A stretch of DNA of 12,968 nucleotides from Escherichia coli (GCF_003334355.1 NZ_QOWP01000052.1), one strand, 5' to 3'; shown: positions 1 to 9,422, numbered from the stretch's first letter. The notes: a model not told the origin generated them from the letters alone. Made by a program: numbers and translations.

Positions 1-125
1 TGCAGTTGCCATGTTTTACGGCAGTGAGAGCAGAGATAGCGCTGATGTCCGGCAGTGCTTTTGCCGTTACGCACCACGCCTTCAGTAGCGGAGCAGGAAG
101 GACATCTGATGGAAATGGAAGCCAC
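1..125 (-). CDS. insA: IS1 InsA (transposition repressor / N-terminal transposase part), 5' portion only; partial at window edge
   Basis: Minus-strand translation from GTG (complement of 123-125) gives [42 protein letters not shown], the InsA zinc-finger N-terminus (CxxC...CxxC), recalled from memory. The gene runs off the window start. Confidence 0.8.
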   Translation of the reverse strand, partial: MASISIRCPSCSATEGVVRNGKSTAGHQRYLCSHCRKTWQL

Positions 126-180
126 GCAAGCACCTTAAAATCACCATCATACACTAAATCAGTAAGTTGGCAGCATTACC
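1..180 (-). mobile_element. IS1 insertion sequence, left (IRL/insA) end; element continues beyond the window start
   Basis: Reverse complement of 1-180 reads GGTAATGCTGCCAACTTACTGATTTAGTGTATGATGGTG... (the IS1 left inverted repeat) followed by the insA start and coding sequence. The terminal inverted repeat maps to 158-180, with the element boundary at 180/181. Confidence 0.9.
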
Positions 181-691
181 CGCCAATATATCCGCCGCCC
201 AAAATACCTAAATGCCCAGGCAATTCTTTTAGATTAAGTAATCCGGTGCTGTCATATACTCCTGGCGTGGTGGTAATTCCAGGAATTGGCGGAACCACGG
301 TTTGTGCACCGGTATTAATAAAAATTTTCTCGCCATGAATTTCCAGATTTGCCTCAGGCCGATGAACACGCAGGCTATGATTATTGATAAACTCCGCCTG
401 GCCGTCGATCACGTCGATATTGGGCATATCCGCAAGATTATGAAAATTCTTATTACGTAAAAAATTAACCACTTCATTTTTACGCTGTATGGCTCGGACA
501 AAATCTGTGTGCTGCTGTGCGTCATGAACCAATGTTTTGGTTGGGATGCAGCCGATATTAATACAGGTCCCGCCATACATTGCATTTGATTGTTCGATGA
601 GAGCCACACGCCAACCTGCTTTTGCCAGCGTGACGGCTAATGTTTTTCCAGCCTTGCCAAAACCAATAATCACTGCCTGATATTTATTCAT
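176..691 (-). pseudogene. rclA: rclA/ykgC (FAD-dependent pyridine nucleotide-disulfide oxidoreductase) truncated by the IS1 insertion; only about 171 N-terminal codons remain
   Basis: Translation from ATG (complement of 689-691) gives MNKYQAVIIGFGKAGKTLAV...GGTCINIGCIPTK...GILGGGYIGG, then a stop immediately inside the IS1 IRL. An AGGAAA Shine-Dalgarno sits upstream. The Rossmann GxGxxG motif and the redox-active CxxxxC are present, but the C-terminal ~60% of this ~440-aa family is absent. The upstream in-frame ATG at 718 is probably not the true start. Confidence 0.8.
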
Positions 692-916
692 GATGATTTC
701 CTGTCGAAACGCGTTCATTTTACATCATGACTATAGACGCAAAAGAGCAAATAACATTTCTTCACAACGCTTGATATTTTGTCTTATCGTCTGGTATTTT
801 CTTTTTCTTAATCAGAATCACAAAACAAAAATCATGATTAACTATTTGATGGTATTAGATTAGTTATTTACTAAGATTGTTGGTGTTTGTAATCAAAAAC
901 CACTCAGGAGTCTGAT
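692..916. promoter_or_regulatory. Divergent rclA-rclR intergenic promoter region (AT-rich)
   Basis: A 225-bp AT-rich spacer lies between divergently oriented start codons. By established knowledge RclR acts on the rclA promoter in this interval. Individual -10/-35 elements were not confidently placed by eye. Confidence 0.45.
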
Positions 917-1771
917 ATGGATGCCCTTAGCCGTTTGTTGATGCTTAACGCTCCACAAGGAACGATCGATAAGAATTGCGTGTTAGGAAGTGACTGGCAG
1001 CTTCCACATGGTGCCGGGGAATTATCGGTTATTCGTTGGCATGCGTTAACGCAAGGAGCGGCGAAGCTGGAAATGCCGACGGGGGAGATTTTTACATTAC
1101 GCCCGGGAAATGTGGTCCTGCTACCACAAAATTCAGCCCATCGCCTGAGTCATGTCGATAATGAATCAACCTGTATTGTCTGCGGCACTCTTCGGCTGCA
1201 ACATTCGGCGCGTTATTTTTTAACGTCTTTGCCGGAAACGCTGTTTTTAGCACCGGTTAACCACAGCGTAGAATATAACTGGCTGAGGGAGGCGATCCCG
1301 TTTTTACAACAGGAATCCAGATTGGCAATGCCGGGAGTGGATGCACTGTGTAGCCAGATCTGCGCTACATTCTTTACCCTCGCGGTGCGTGAGTGGATTG
1401 CACAGGTTAATACTGAGAAAAACATTCTCAGTTTGCTTCTGCATCCACGTCTTGGTGCGGTAATACAGCAAATGTTGGAAATGCCAGGACACGCCTGGAC
1501 CGTCGAATCGCTGGCCAGCATCGCCCACATGTCCCGGGCAAGTTTTGCCCAGCTTTTCCGTGATGTTTCCGGAACCACGCCGCTGGCTGTATTAACAAAG
1601 TTGCGTCTACAAATAGCGGCCCAGATGTTTTCCCGGGAAACGCTCCCTGTTGTGGTGATCGCTGAGTCAGTAGGCTATGCCAGTGAATCATCTTTTCACA
1701 AGGCGTTTGTCCGCGAGTTTGGTTGTACCCCGGGAGAATATCGGGAAAGGGTCAGACAGCTTGCACCCTGA
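917..1771 (+). CDS. rclR: AraC-family transcriptional activator RclR (reactive chlorine-responsive regulator; YkgD)
   Basis: 284-aa ORF with an AGGAG Shine-Dalgarno 6 nt upstream of the ATG. The C-terminal sequence shows the AraC helix-turn-helix signature (...SFAQLFRDVSGTTPLAVLTKLRLQIAAQMF...VGYASESSFHKAFVREFGCTPGEYR). The N-terminal domain carries cysteines, consistent with RclR. Position is divergent from rclA. Confidence 0.9.
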   Translation: MDALSRLLMLNAPQGTIDKNCVLGSDWQLPHGAGELSVIRWHALTQGAAKLEMPTGEIFTLRPGNVVLLPQNSAHRLSHVDNESTCIVCGTLRLQHSARYFLTSLPETLFLAPVNHSVEYNWLREAIPFLQQESRLAMPGVDALCSQICATFFTLAVREWIAQVNTEKNILSLLLHPRLGAVIQQMLEMPGHAWTVESLASIAHMSRASFAQLFRDVSGTTPLAVLTKLRLQIAAQMFSRETLPVVVIAESVGYASESSFHKAFVREFGCTPGEYRERVRQLAP

Positions 1772-2296
1772 ATAAAACCGCCAGAAATCAGGGCAAAGAT
1801 AATCCGCATTCCGGGAGTTGTGAGCCTTTCAACTATTTCTATTTCCAACGGTGGTTTGGGCTTTATATATTTTTTCTGATGGACTCTAGCTCAGTTTTTA
1901 AATAAAAATGCAAACTAAATTGCTTCAATTAAATAAAATCCCGACTATTACTTGATACGTGATTATTGTCGGTGATTTTTTTGTACACCATCAGTGTATA
2001 TCTCAATAACCCCTGAATAAGTAGCTCTGAATAGGTATAAGGGATGTAGCCATTTTTAAATGGATTTCTTATGCCAAAAATGATCGTCGATTTCCCCATA
2101 AAATGTGAGCGATGCCGAAAGAAATAAAATTAGTTATTGCATTTGACGTTTGGATGAAAGATTATCATTTGTCATACAAATGAGGGGTGGTATGTTGCTA
2201 GCCAATTAAAAAGAACGCCATATTTATTGATGATTGATCCCCCGGTGGGGGGGAAACATCGGGCATAAATGGGCATGAAGTAATGGAGTATTAGTT

Positions 2297-3016
2297 GTGA
2301 ATGTCAATTTCTTTGTCACCTGTATTGGTGACGCCCTGAAATCAAGAATGGCACGAGACTCCGTGCTGCTACTGGAAAAACTCGGCTGTCGCGTAAATTT
2401 CCCGGAGAAACAGGGATGCTGCGGTCAGCCTGCGATCAATAGCGGTTATATCAAAGAAGCGATTCCAGGGATGAAAAATCTGATCGCCGCACTGGAGGAT
2501 AACGACGATCCCATTATTTCACCGGCTGGCTCTTGCACCTATGCCGTAAAAAGTTACCCGACGTATCTGGCGGATGAACCTGAATGGGCATCACGTGCCG
2601 AAAAGGTTGCCGCGCGTATGCAGGATCTCACCTCTTTTATTGTTAATAAATTAGGGGTAGTCGATGTAGGTGCCAGTTTGCAAGGGAGAGCTGTGTATCA
2701 CCCATCTTGTAGCCTGGCCCGTAAGCTGGGAGTGAAGGACGAGCCACTTACGCTGCTGAAAAATGTGCGTGGACTGGAGCTGTTGACCTTTGCTGAACAG
2801 GATACCTGCTGCGGATTTGGCGGCACGTTCTCGGTCAAAATGGCCGAAATATCCGGCGAGATGGTGAAAGAAAAGGTTGTGCACCTGATGGAAGTCCGCC
2901 CTGAGTATTTAATTGGTGCTGACGTGAGTTGCCTGCTGAACATCAGTGGGCGATTACAACGGGAAGGGCAGAAAGTCAAAGTGATGCATATTGCTGAAGT
3001 GTTGATGAGCCGCTGA
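2297..3016 (+). CDS. ykgE: LutA-like Fe-S oxidoreductase subunit (cysteine-rich CCG-domain protein) YkgE
   Basis: 239-aa ORF starting at GTG 2297, with GGAG 7 nt upstream. It carries cysteine-rich motifs (CCGQP, CCGFGG) typical of LutA/GlpC-type CCG domains. It is the first gene of a tightly packed three-gene operon. Confidence 0.88.
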   Translation: MNVNFFVTCIGDALKSRMARDSVLLLEKLGCRVNFPEKQGCCGQPAINSGYIKEAIPGMKNLIAALEDNDDPIISPAGSCTYAVKSYPTYLADEPEWASRAEKVAARMQDLTSFIVNKLGVVDVGASLQGRAVYHPSCSLARKLGVKDEPLTLLKNVRGLELLTFAEQDTCCGFGGTFSVKMAEISGEMVKEKVVHLMEVRPEYLIGADVSCLLNISGRLQREGQKVKVMHIAEVLMSR

Positions 3017-3026
3017 GGATATAAAG

Positions 3027-4454
3027 ATGTCGATCAAAACCAGTAATACAGATTTTAAGACACGCATCCGTCAGCAAATTGAAGATCCGATCATGCGCAA
3101 AGCGGTGGCAAACGCGCAGCAGCGTATTGGGGCAAATCGGCAAAAAATGGTCGATGAATTGGGGCACTGGGAGGAGTGGCGCGATCGGGCCGCCCAGATA
3201 CGTGATCATGTTCTGAGTAATCTCGACGCTTATCTGTACCAGCTCTCAGAAAAAGTGACGCAAAACGGCGGTCACGTCTATTTTGCAAGAACCAAAGAAG
3301 ACGCTACCCGCTACATTTTACAGGTTGCCCAACGCAAAAATGCCCGGAAGGTGGTGAAATCTAAATCGATGGTGACCGAAGAGATTGGTGTCAATCATGT
3401 GTTGCAGGATGCTGGCATTCAGGTGATTGAAACCGATCTGGGTGAATATATTCTCCAGCTGGATCAAGATCCGCCATCTCATGTTGTGGTCCCGGCAATT
3501 CATAAAGATCGCCATCAGATCCGTCGAGTGCTACACGAACGTCTGGGCTATGAGGGGCCGGAAACGCCTGAAGCGATGACCTTATTCATCCGGCAAAAAA
3601 TCCGCGAAGATTTCCTCAGTGCTGAAATAGGTATTACCGGCTGTAATTTCGCGGTGGCAGAGACCGGTTCGGTATGCCTGGTGACCAATGAAGGTAATGC
3701 GCGAATGTGTACCACGCTGCCTAAAACGCATATTGCAGTGATGGGAATGGAGCGTATTGCCCCCACGTTTGCCGAGGTAGATGTATTGATCACCATGCTG
3801 GCGCGCAGTGCCGTTGGTGCACGTTTGACGGGATACAACACCTGGCTGACAGGACCGCGCGAAGCTGGGCACGTTGATGGTCCTGAAGAGTTTCATCTGG
3901 TTATTGTCGATAACGGGCGTTCTGAGGTGCTGGCCTCTGAATTTCGGGATGTGCTGCGCTGTATTCGCTGCGGGGCTTGTATGAATACTTGTCCGGCATA
4001 TCGCCATATTGGCGGTCATGGATATGGCTCTATTTATCCAGGGCCAATTGGTGCGGTGATTTCTCCGCTACTTGGCGGCTATAAAGATTTTAAAGATTTA
4101 CCCTACGCCTGCTCTTTATGCACAGCTTGTGACAACGTGTGTCCGGTGCGTATTCCGCTGTCAAAACTGATTTTGCGTCATCGTCGGGTGATGGCTGAAA
4201 AAGGGATCACCGCAAAAGCAGAGCAACGGGCGATAAAAATGTTCGCTTATGCCAATAGTCATCCAGGATTGTGGAAAGTCGGGATGATGGCCGGTGCTCA
4301 TGCGGCAAGCTGGTTTATCAATGGCGGCAAAACACCACTCAAATTTGGCGCGATTAGCGACTGGATGGAAGCACGCGATCTTCCTGAAGCTGACGGAGAG
4401 AGTTTCCGTAGTTGGTTTAAGAAACATCAGGCGCAGGAGAAAAAGAATGGATAA
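3027..4454 (+). CDS. ykgF: LutB-like iron-sulfur protein with two 4Fe-4S ferredoxin motifs, YkgF
   Basis: 475-aa ORF beginning 10 bp after the ykgE stop. It contains two ferredoxin-type clusters, CIRCGACMNTCP and CSLCTACDNVCP. Confidence 0.9.
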   Translation: MSIKTSNTDFKTRIRQQIEDPIMRKAVANAQQRIGANRQKMVDELGHWEEWRDRAAQIRDHVLSNLDAYLYQLSEKVTQNGGHVYFARTKEDATRYILQVAQRKNARKVVKSKSMVTEEIGVNHVLQDAGIQVIETDLGEYILQLDQDPPSHVVVPAIHKDRHQIRRVLHERLGYEGPETPEAMTLFIRQKIREDFLSAEIGITGCNFAVAETGSVCLVTNEGNARMCTTLPKTHIAVMGMERIAPTFAEVDVLITMLARSAVGARLTGYNTWLTGPREAGHVDGPEEFHLVIVDNGRSEVLASEFRDVLRCIRCGACMNTCPAYRHIGGHGYGSIYPGPIGAVISPLLGGYKDFKDLPYACSLCTACDNVCPVRIPLSKLILRHRRVMAEKGITAKAEQRAIKMFAYANSHPGLWKVGMMAGAHAASWFINGGKTPLKFGAISDWMEARDLPEADGESFRSWFKKHQAQEKKNG

Positions 4455-5142
4455 TCGAGGCGAATTTTTGAATAACGTTGCTCAGGCACTGGGTCGCCCG
4501 CTGCGACTTGAACCGCAAGCAGAAGATGCGCCGCTTAACAACTATGCTAACGAGCGGCTTACCCAACTTAACCAACAGCAGCGCTGTGACGCGTTTATTC
4601 AGTTTGCCAGCGATGTTATGTTGACGCGCTGTGAGCTGACCAGCGAGGCGAAGGCGGCAGAAGCTGCAATACGTCTGTGTAAAGAGCTGGGAGATCAGTC
4701 GGTCGTGATTAGCGGTGACACGAGGCTGGAGGAATTGGGGATTAGCGAACGTTTGCAGCAGGAATGCAATGCCGTTGTTTGGGATCCGGCGAAAGGTGCC
4801 GAGAATATCTCGCAGGCAGAGCAGGCTAAAGTGGGTGTTGTGTATGCTGAATATGGTTTAACCGAATCGGGAGGCGTGGTTCTTTTTTCCGCCGCCGAGC
4901 GCGGGCGTTCATTGAGCCTGCTCCCGGAATATTCTCTTTTTATCCTGCGTAAAAGCACTATCCTGCCGCGTGTAGCGCAACTCGCAGAAAAATTGCATCA
5001 GAAAGCGCAGGCCGGTGAACGAATGCCTTCCTGCATTAACATCATTAGCGGCCCCAGTTCAACGGCGGATATTGAGCTTATCAAAGTCGTCGGAGTTCAT
5101 GGCCCGGTGAAAGCGGTGTATCTGATTATTGAGGATTGTTGA
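4447..5142 (+). CDS. ykgG: LutC-like protein YkgG (third subunit of the LutABC-type complex)
   Basis: The ATG at 4447 lies inside the sequence AAGAATGGATAA, overlapping the ykgF stop by 8 nt, which indicates translational coupling. The product begins MDNRGEFLNNVAQALGRP... and is 231 aa. The longer track ORF from 4294 is an in-frame upstream extension inside ykgF. Confidence 0.85.
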   Translation: MDNRGEFLNNVAQALGRPLRLEPQAEDAPLNNYANERLTQLNQQQRCDAFIQFASDVMLTRCELTSEAKAAEAAIRLCKELGDQSVVISGDTRLEELGISERLQQECNAVVWDPAKGAENISQAEQAKVGVVYAEYGLTESGGVVLFSAAERGRSLSLLPEYSLFILRKSTILPRVAQLAEKLHQKAQAGERMPSCINIISGPSSTADIELIKVVGVHGPVKAVYLIIEDC

Positions 5143-5248
5143 GAGAGATATGAAGTCTGGACATAAACCTGAAGAAGGCATACGAGGTTGAAAATAGCGT
5201 TTAGGACAACCTGACTTAACCCCGTTCCGTCATGGTTATGCTGCTCTT

Positions 5249-5289
5249 CTGTAAATATCCTGGTATTACCAATGCCAGGATATTTACAG
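5249..5289. repeat. Perfect 15-bp inverted repeat (CTGTAAATATCCTGG / CCAGGATATTTACAG) with an 11-nt loop, in the convergent ykgG-ykgH intergenic region
   Basis: Read directly from the sequence: left arm 5249-5263, right arm 5275-5289. It could act as a bidirectional terminator or a protein-binding palindrome, but no U-tract follows on either strand. Confidence 0.6.
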
Positions 5290-5384
5290 TGAAAAAGACA
5301 GGCATCCATTCCTGAAAACGGGTTCCCTTCCCGGTCATTGTCACTTCAGCTTTATACAGGCACTCTCTATCAAAATGTTGTTTA

Positions 5385-6053
5385 TTACTGCCCAGAGTTT
5401 TGTTGGTATTCATCTACCATTTTTTTGACAAGGCAAAACATTACAGAAATTACAATGCTTAGAAAAAATCCCAGAGCCAGGCAAATGGCAGCAGGGTATT
5501 TATTTTTTATTTCTGGTGAGCTTATAGTTACACAGCCATCACCGTTCGGATACAATGACCAGTTCCTGGTCAGGTATATCATTTTTGTATAAAGCTCACT
5601 GTTAATTGCTGAAGGCGTTTGTATCTCATCGAGAACTTGCCTGCCATTATGATATTCTGACGCATACCATTTGATAATAGAGGCCTGCACGCGAGATATT
5701 TCCTCTTCAGCAGTTGGTAAAGCTCTCTTATCTCCTGACCATTCCAGCCTTATTTCTCTGTTCTTGACATCTGGGCTGGTGTGAAAAAATGTAGTAATTC
5801 GCTGAATAACATCTTCAGTCATTGTAGTCTGACAGGCAAAATTATTATTGCTATCACAGCTAACAAGTATACCTGGCGTTGTCTGGTTTATTTTTAGGCT
5901 GTAAATCACTTTTATATTGTCTTTATTGATATACAGAAACAACAGCACCATAGCCATACATATAGCCATAATAAAAAGGATAACACGAATCTTTTTCTTC
6001 AGATAAAATAAAATCTCAATCAGATCGATATCCTGTTTGATTTGTTCACGCAT
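5385..6053 (-). CDS. ykgH: Predicted inner-membrane protein YkgH
   Basis: 222-aa ORF with a single strongly hydrophobic N-proximal segment (ILFIMAICMAMVLLFLYI) followed by a hydrophilic domain. It is convergent with ykgG and matches the K-12 gene order. Confidence 0.75.
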   Translation of the reverse strand: MREQIKQDIDLIEILFYLKKKIRVILFIMAICMAMVLLFLYINKDNIKVIYSLKINQTTPGILVSCDSNNNFACQTTMTEDVIQRITTFFHTSPDVKNREIRLEWSGDKRALPTAEEEISRVQASIIKWYASEYHNGRQVLDEIQTPSAINSELYTKMIYLTRNWSLYPNGDGCVTISSPEIKNKYPAAICLALGFFLSIVISVMFCLVKKMVDEYQQNSGQ

Positions 6054-6265
6054 AATATATCCAGAGAATAAAATCTGTCGCAGATAAGGTTGTATTAATA
6101 GTCTGTATCAGGAATGTTCGGGTTAAATATCAGCAAAAAGCCCGCATCATGAATACTGGATATGAAGCATGAGAGTTACCTCAGTGTTTATATAAGGATT
6201 CGGTCCCCCTCTCTGGAACGGTAACTCTCAATCTGATCGGTTCCTGCGTTAGTTCACATCACGAC

Positions 6266-7936
6266 TCATTTTTTCGCTCTCACCGGCATCCCATTTGCCA
6301 CAAAATATCCCGTCGTGCTCCTCGGCAGCGCTTCCTGTCCACGAATCATATCCGCTATTTTCTCGCCAATCATAATTGTCGTGGCGTTCAAATTCCCGGT
6401 GATAATCTGCGGCATAATCGACGCATCCACCACACGCAGGCCTTCTAACCCGTGTACGCGGCCTTCGCCGTCAACCACGGACATCTCGTCGTAACCCATT
6501 TTGCAGGTACCGCACGGATGGAAGGCGGTTTCGGCGTGGTTACGCACGAACTCATCGAGCTGTTCATCCGTCTGGCATTCGACACCGGGGCTGATTTCGC
6601 GGCCACGATACTGATCCAGCGCGGGTTGATGCATGATCTCGCGGGTGATGCGAATTGCGTCGCGGAACTCCTGCCAGTCCTGCTCGTGCGACATGTAGTT
6701 AAACAGAATCGCCGGATGCTGGTGCGGGTCGCGGGATTTAATCCGCACATGCCCACGGCTTGGCGAGCGCATTGAGCCGACGTGGCACTGGAAACCGTGC
6801 TCTTTCACTGCATTCGAGCCGTTATAGTTAATCGCTACTGGCAGGAAATGGTACTGAATATTCGGCCACGCAAATTCCTCACGGCTGCGAATAAATCCAC
6901 CTGCTTCAAAGTGGTTGCTGGTTCCAACGCCAGTGCCGCCAAACAGCCACTCCGCACCGATTTTCGGCTGGTTCCACCACTGCAGGGCAGGGTAGAGGGA
7001 AACCGGTTCTTTGCACTCATATTGCAGATACATCTCCAGATGATCCTGAAGATTTTCGCCGACGCCGGGTAATTCATGCACCAGCGGAATATCAAACTCC
7101 GCCAGCAGTTCAGCGTTGCCGACGCCGGAGCGTTGCAGGATCTGCGGTGAGGCAATCGCGCCTGCACATAACAGCACTTCTTTGTTGGCCGTTGCGCGGG
7201 TTGGGATGGTGCTGTCGCCTTCCAGCCATTCGACGCCCACCGCGCGTTTGCCGTCAAAAATGATGTGATCGGTCATAGCGTGAGTACGAATGGTCAGGTT
7301 AGGACGCGATTTGGCCTGATCGAGATAGCCACGCGCGGTGCTGGCGCGACGGCCCTGCGGCGTGACGGTGCGATCCATCGGACCAAAACCTTCCTGCTGA
7401 TAACCGTTGAGATCGTCCGTGCGCGGGTAGCCCGCCTGCACGCCCGCTTCAATCATCGCTTCAAACAGCGGATTGACGCCGGGTTTGGAGGTAGTGACGC
7501 TCACCGGGCCATCACCGCCGTGATAGTCGTTTTCACCCATATCGCGAGTCTCGGCCTTGCGGTAGTAGGGCAGGCAGTCGAGGTAGCTCCAGTTCTCCAG
7601 ACCGGGTTCTTGCGCCCAGTTATCGAGATCCAGCGCATTGCCACGGATGTAGCACATGCCGTTGATCAGCGACGATCCACCCAGACCTTTACCGCGTCCG
7701 CACTCCATGCGGCGGTTATTCATAAACGGTTCAGGTTCCGTTTCATAGGCCCAGTTGTAGCGTTTACCCTGTAGCGGGAATGCCAGGGCAGCGGGCATCT
7801 GGGTGCGGAAGTCAAAGCGATAGTCCGGGCCGCCCGCTTCAAGCAGCAGCACGGAGGTATTCGGATCTTCAGTCAGACGGGTAGCGAGAACGTTGCCGGC
7901 TGAGCCGGCACCAATAATGATGTAGTCAAATTGCAA
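6266..7936 (-). CDS. betA: Choline dehydrogenase BetA (GMC oxidoreductase, FAD-dependent)
   Basis: The product starts (M)[20 protein letters not shown]..., with the FAD-binding GxGxxG motif. The start is a TTG (complement of 7934-7936) lying 5 nt downstream of a perfect AGGAGG. The track ORF to 7981 over-extends upstream into betB. Confidence 0.9.
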   Translation of the reverse strand: MQFDYIIIGAGSAGNVLATRLTEDPNTSVLLLEAGGPDYRFDFRTQMPAALAFPLQGKRYNWAYETEPEPFMNNRRMECGRGKGLGGSSLINGMCYIRGNALDLDNWAQEPGLENWSYLDCLPYYRKAETRDMGENDYHGGDGPVSVTTSKPGVNPLFEAMIEAGVQAGYPRTDDLNGYQQEGFGPMDRTVTPQGRRASTARGYLDQAKSRPNLTIRTHAMTDHIIFDGKRAVGVEWLEGDSTIPTRATANKEVLLCAGAIASPQILQRSGVGNAELLAEFDIPLVHELPGVGENLQDHLEMYLQYECKEPVSLYPALQWWNQPKIGAEWLFGGTGVGTSNHFEAGGFIRSREEFAWPNIQYHFLPVAINYNGSNAVKEHGFQCHVGSMRSPSRGHVRIKSRDPHQHPAILFNYMSHEQDWQEFRDAIRITREIMHQPALDQYRGREISPGVECQTDEQLDEFVRNHAETAFHPCGTCKMGYDEMSVVDGEGRVHGLEGLRVVDASIMPQIITGNLNATTIMIGEKIADMIRGQEALPRSTTGYFVANGMPVRAKK

Positions 7937-7949
7937 ATAAACCTCCTGG

Positions 7950-9422
7950 TTAGAATATGGACTGGAATTTAGCCATCTCAACCTGGATGGACTTCACCTG
8001 GGTGTAACTCTGGAGCGTCATCACGCCGTTCTCGCGACCAATGCCGGAGTGTTTGTAGCCGCCAACGGGCATCTCTGCCGGGGATTCGCCCCAGGTGTTG
8101 ATCCAGCAAATACCCGCTTCCAGCTGATGAATGACGCGATGCGCGCGGTTCAGGTCCGCTGTCACGATGCCCGCCGCCAGGCCGTAGTCGGTATCGTTAG
8201 CGCGGCGAATGACTTCGTCTTCCGACTCGTAGGTCAGAATGGACATCACTGGCCCGAAGATCTCTTCACGCACGATGGTCATATCGTCGCTGCAATCGGT
8301 GAACACTGTCGGTGCAACCCATGCGCCGTTATCGAAGCCATCGCCTTTCAGTACATCGCCGCCGCACAGTACGCGCGCGCCTTCCTCTTTGCCTTTGGCG
8401 ATATAGCGCAGCACGTTATCGCGATGCGGGAAGCTGACCAGCGGGCCGAAGTTAGTTTGCGGATCGAAAACGTCGCCCGCGCGAATGCGCTCAACGCGCG
8501 CCAGAATTTTCTGCTCAAATGCGGCTTTGCATTTCGCCGGAACGAAGACGCGGGTGCCATTGGTACACACCTGACCGGAGCTGAAGAAGTTTGCCATCAT
8601 GGCGATATCGGCGGCGAGATCGAGATCCGCATCATCGAAAACGATCAGCGGTGATTTACCGCCCAGTTCCATGGTCACTTCTTTCAGGGAAGAGGCCGCC
8701 GAGTTAGCCATCACTTTTTTGCCGCTGGCGACACCGCCGGTAAATGACACTTTGGCAATGCCCGGATGCTCGGTCAGATATTGCCCGGTCTCCGCGCCCA
8801 CGCCCGGCAACACGTTAAATACGCCGTCCGGCAGGCCCGCTTCGCTGTAAATTTCAGCCAGCTTTAACGCGGTAAGCGGGGTAACTTCGCTCGGTTTGAA
8901 AATCATTGCGTTGCCTGCCGTCAGCGCCGGGGCGGATTTCCACAGGGCAATCTGGATCGGGTAGTTCCATGCGCCAATCCCTGCCACTACGCCCAGCGGT
9001 TCGCGGCGGGTATACACAAAGGACGTTTCACGCAACGGGATCTGGCTGCCTTCCAGCGCCGGGATCAGCCCGGCGTAGTACTCCAGCACGTCCGCACCGG
9101 TAACGATATCGACGGTTGAGGTTTCCGAATATGCTTTTCCGGTGTCGAGGGTTTCCAGTTTTGCGAGTTCGTCATTGCGTTCACGCAGAATATCAACGGC
9201 CCGACGCAGAATACGCGAGCGCTCCATGGCGGTCATCGACGCCCAGATTTTTTGCCCCTGCTGGGCGCTTTTCACGGCGCGATCGACATCCTCGCGCCCG
9301 GCGGCCTGCACGGTCGCCAGCACGTTACCGTTGGCCGGGTTAATGGTCTCGAAGGTGCGACCGCTGGTGGCGGAGGTATAACCACCATGTATATAAAGCT
9401 GCTGTTCTGCCATTCGGGACAT
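7950..9422 (-). CDS. betB: Betaine-aldehyde dehydrogenase BetB (NAD-dependent ALDH family)
   Basis: 490-aa product [15 protein letters not shown]..., with the catalytic ALDH motifs (...ELGGKSP..., ...[13 protein letters not shown]...). The ATG (complement of 9420-9422) is preceded by a GAGGAG Shine-Dalgarno. The gene ends 13 bp upstream of the betA start. Confidence 0.9.
   Translation of the reverse strand: MSRMAEQQLYIHGGYTSATSGRTFETINPANGNVLATVQAAGREDVDRAVKSAQQGQKIWASMTAMERSRILRRAVDILRERNDELAKLETLDTGKAYSETSTVDIVTGADVLEYYAGLIPALEGSQIPLRETSFVYTRREPLGVVAGIGAWNYPIQIALWKSAPALTAGNAMIFKPSEVTPLTALKLAEIYSEAGLPDGVFNVLPGVGAETGQYLTEHPGIAKVSFTGGVASGKKVMANSAASSLKEVTMELGGKSPLIVFDDADLDLAADIAMMANFFSSGQVCTNGTRVFVPAKCKAAFEQKILARVERIRAGDVFDPQTNFGPLVSFPHRDNVLRYIAKGKEEGARVLCGGDVLKGDGFDNGAWVAPTVFTDCSDDMTIVREEIFGPVMSILTYESEDEVIRRANDTDYGLAAGIVTADLNRAHRVIHQLEAGICWINTWGESPAEMPVGGYKHSGIGRENGVMTLQSYTQVKSIQVEMAKFQSIF

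Noticed and set aside
6-338. 110-aa plus-strand ORF
   Set aside because: It runs antisense across the IS1 insA region and the IS1/rclA junction. It is better explained as a frame artefact opposite real genes, and it has no ribosome-binding site.
1723-1905. 60-aa plus-strand ORF overlapping the rclR 3' end
   Set aside because: It overlaps rclR in another frame, has no ribosome-binding site, and its composition is not protein-like.
4294-5142. Longer 282-aa version of ykgG starting at 4294
   Set aside because: The first 51 codons lie inside ykgF in another frame. The ATG at 4447 overlaps the ykgF stop, the classic coupling arrangement, and gives a 231-aa product.
6266-7981. 571-aa version of betA starting at 7981
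   Set aside because: The extension overlaps the 3' end of betB. A TTG start at 7936 with a perfect AGGAGG 5 nt upstream gives the [15 protein letters not shown]-terminus.
8049-8654. 201-aa plus-strand ORF, plus other antisense ORFs (6452-6775, 6782-7072, 7265-7774, 8599-8850, 8906-9461 and similar)
   Set aside because: They lie entirely antisense within betA/betB, where GC-rich coding sequence generates long open frames by chance. They have no ribosome-binding sites, and the sense-strand proteins are clearly recognisable.
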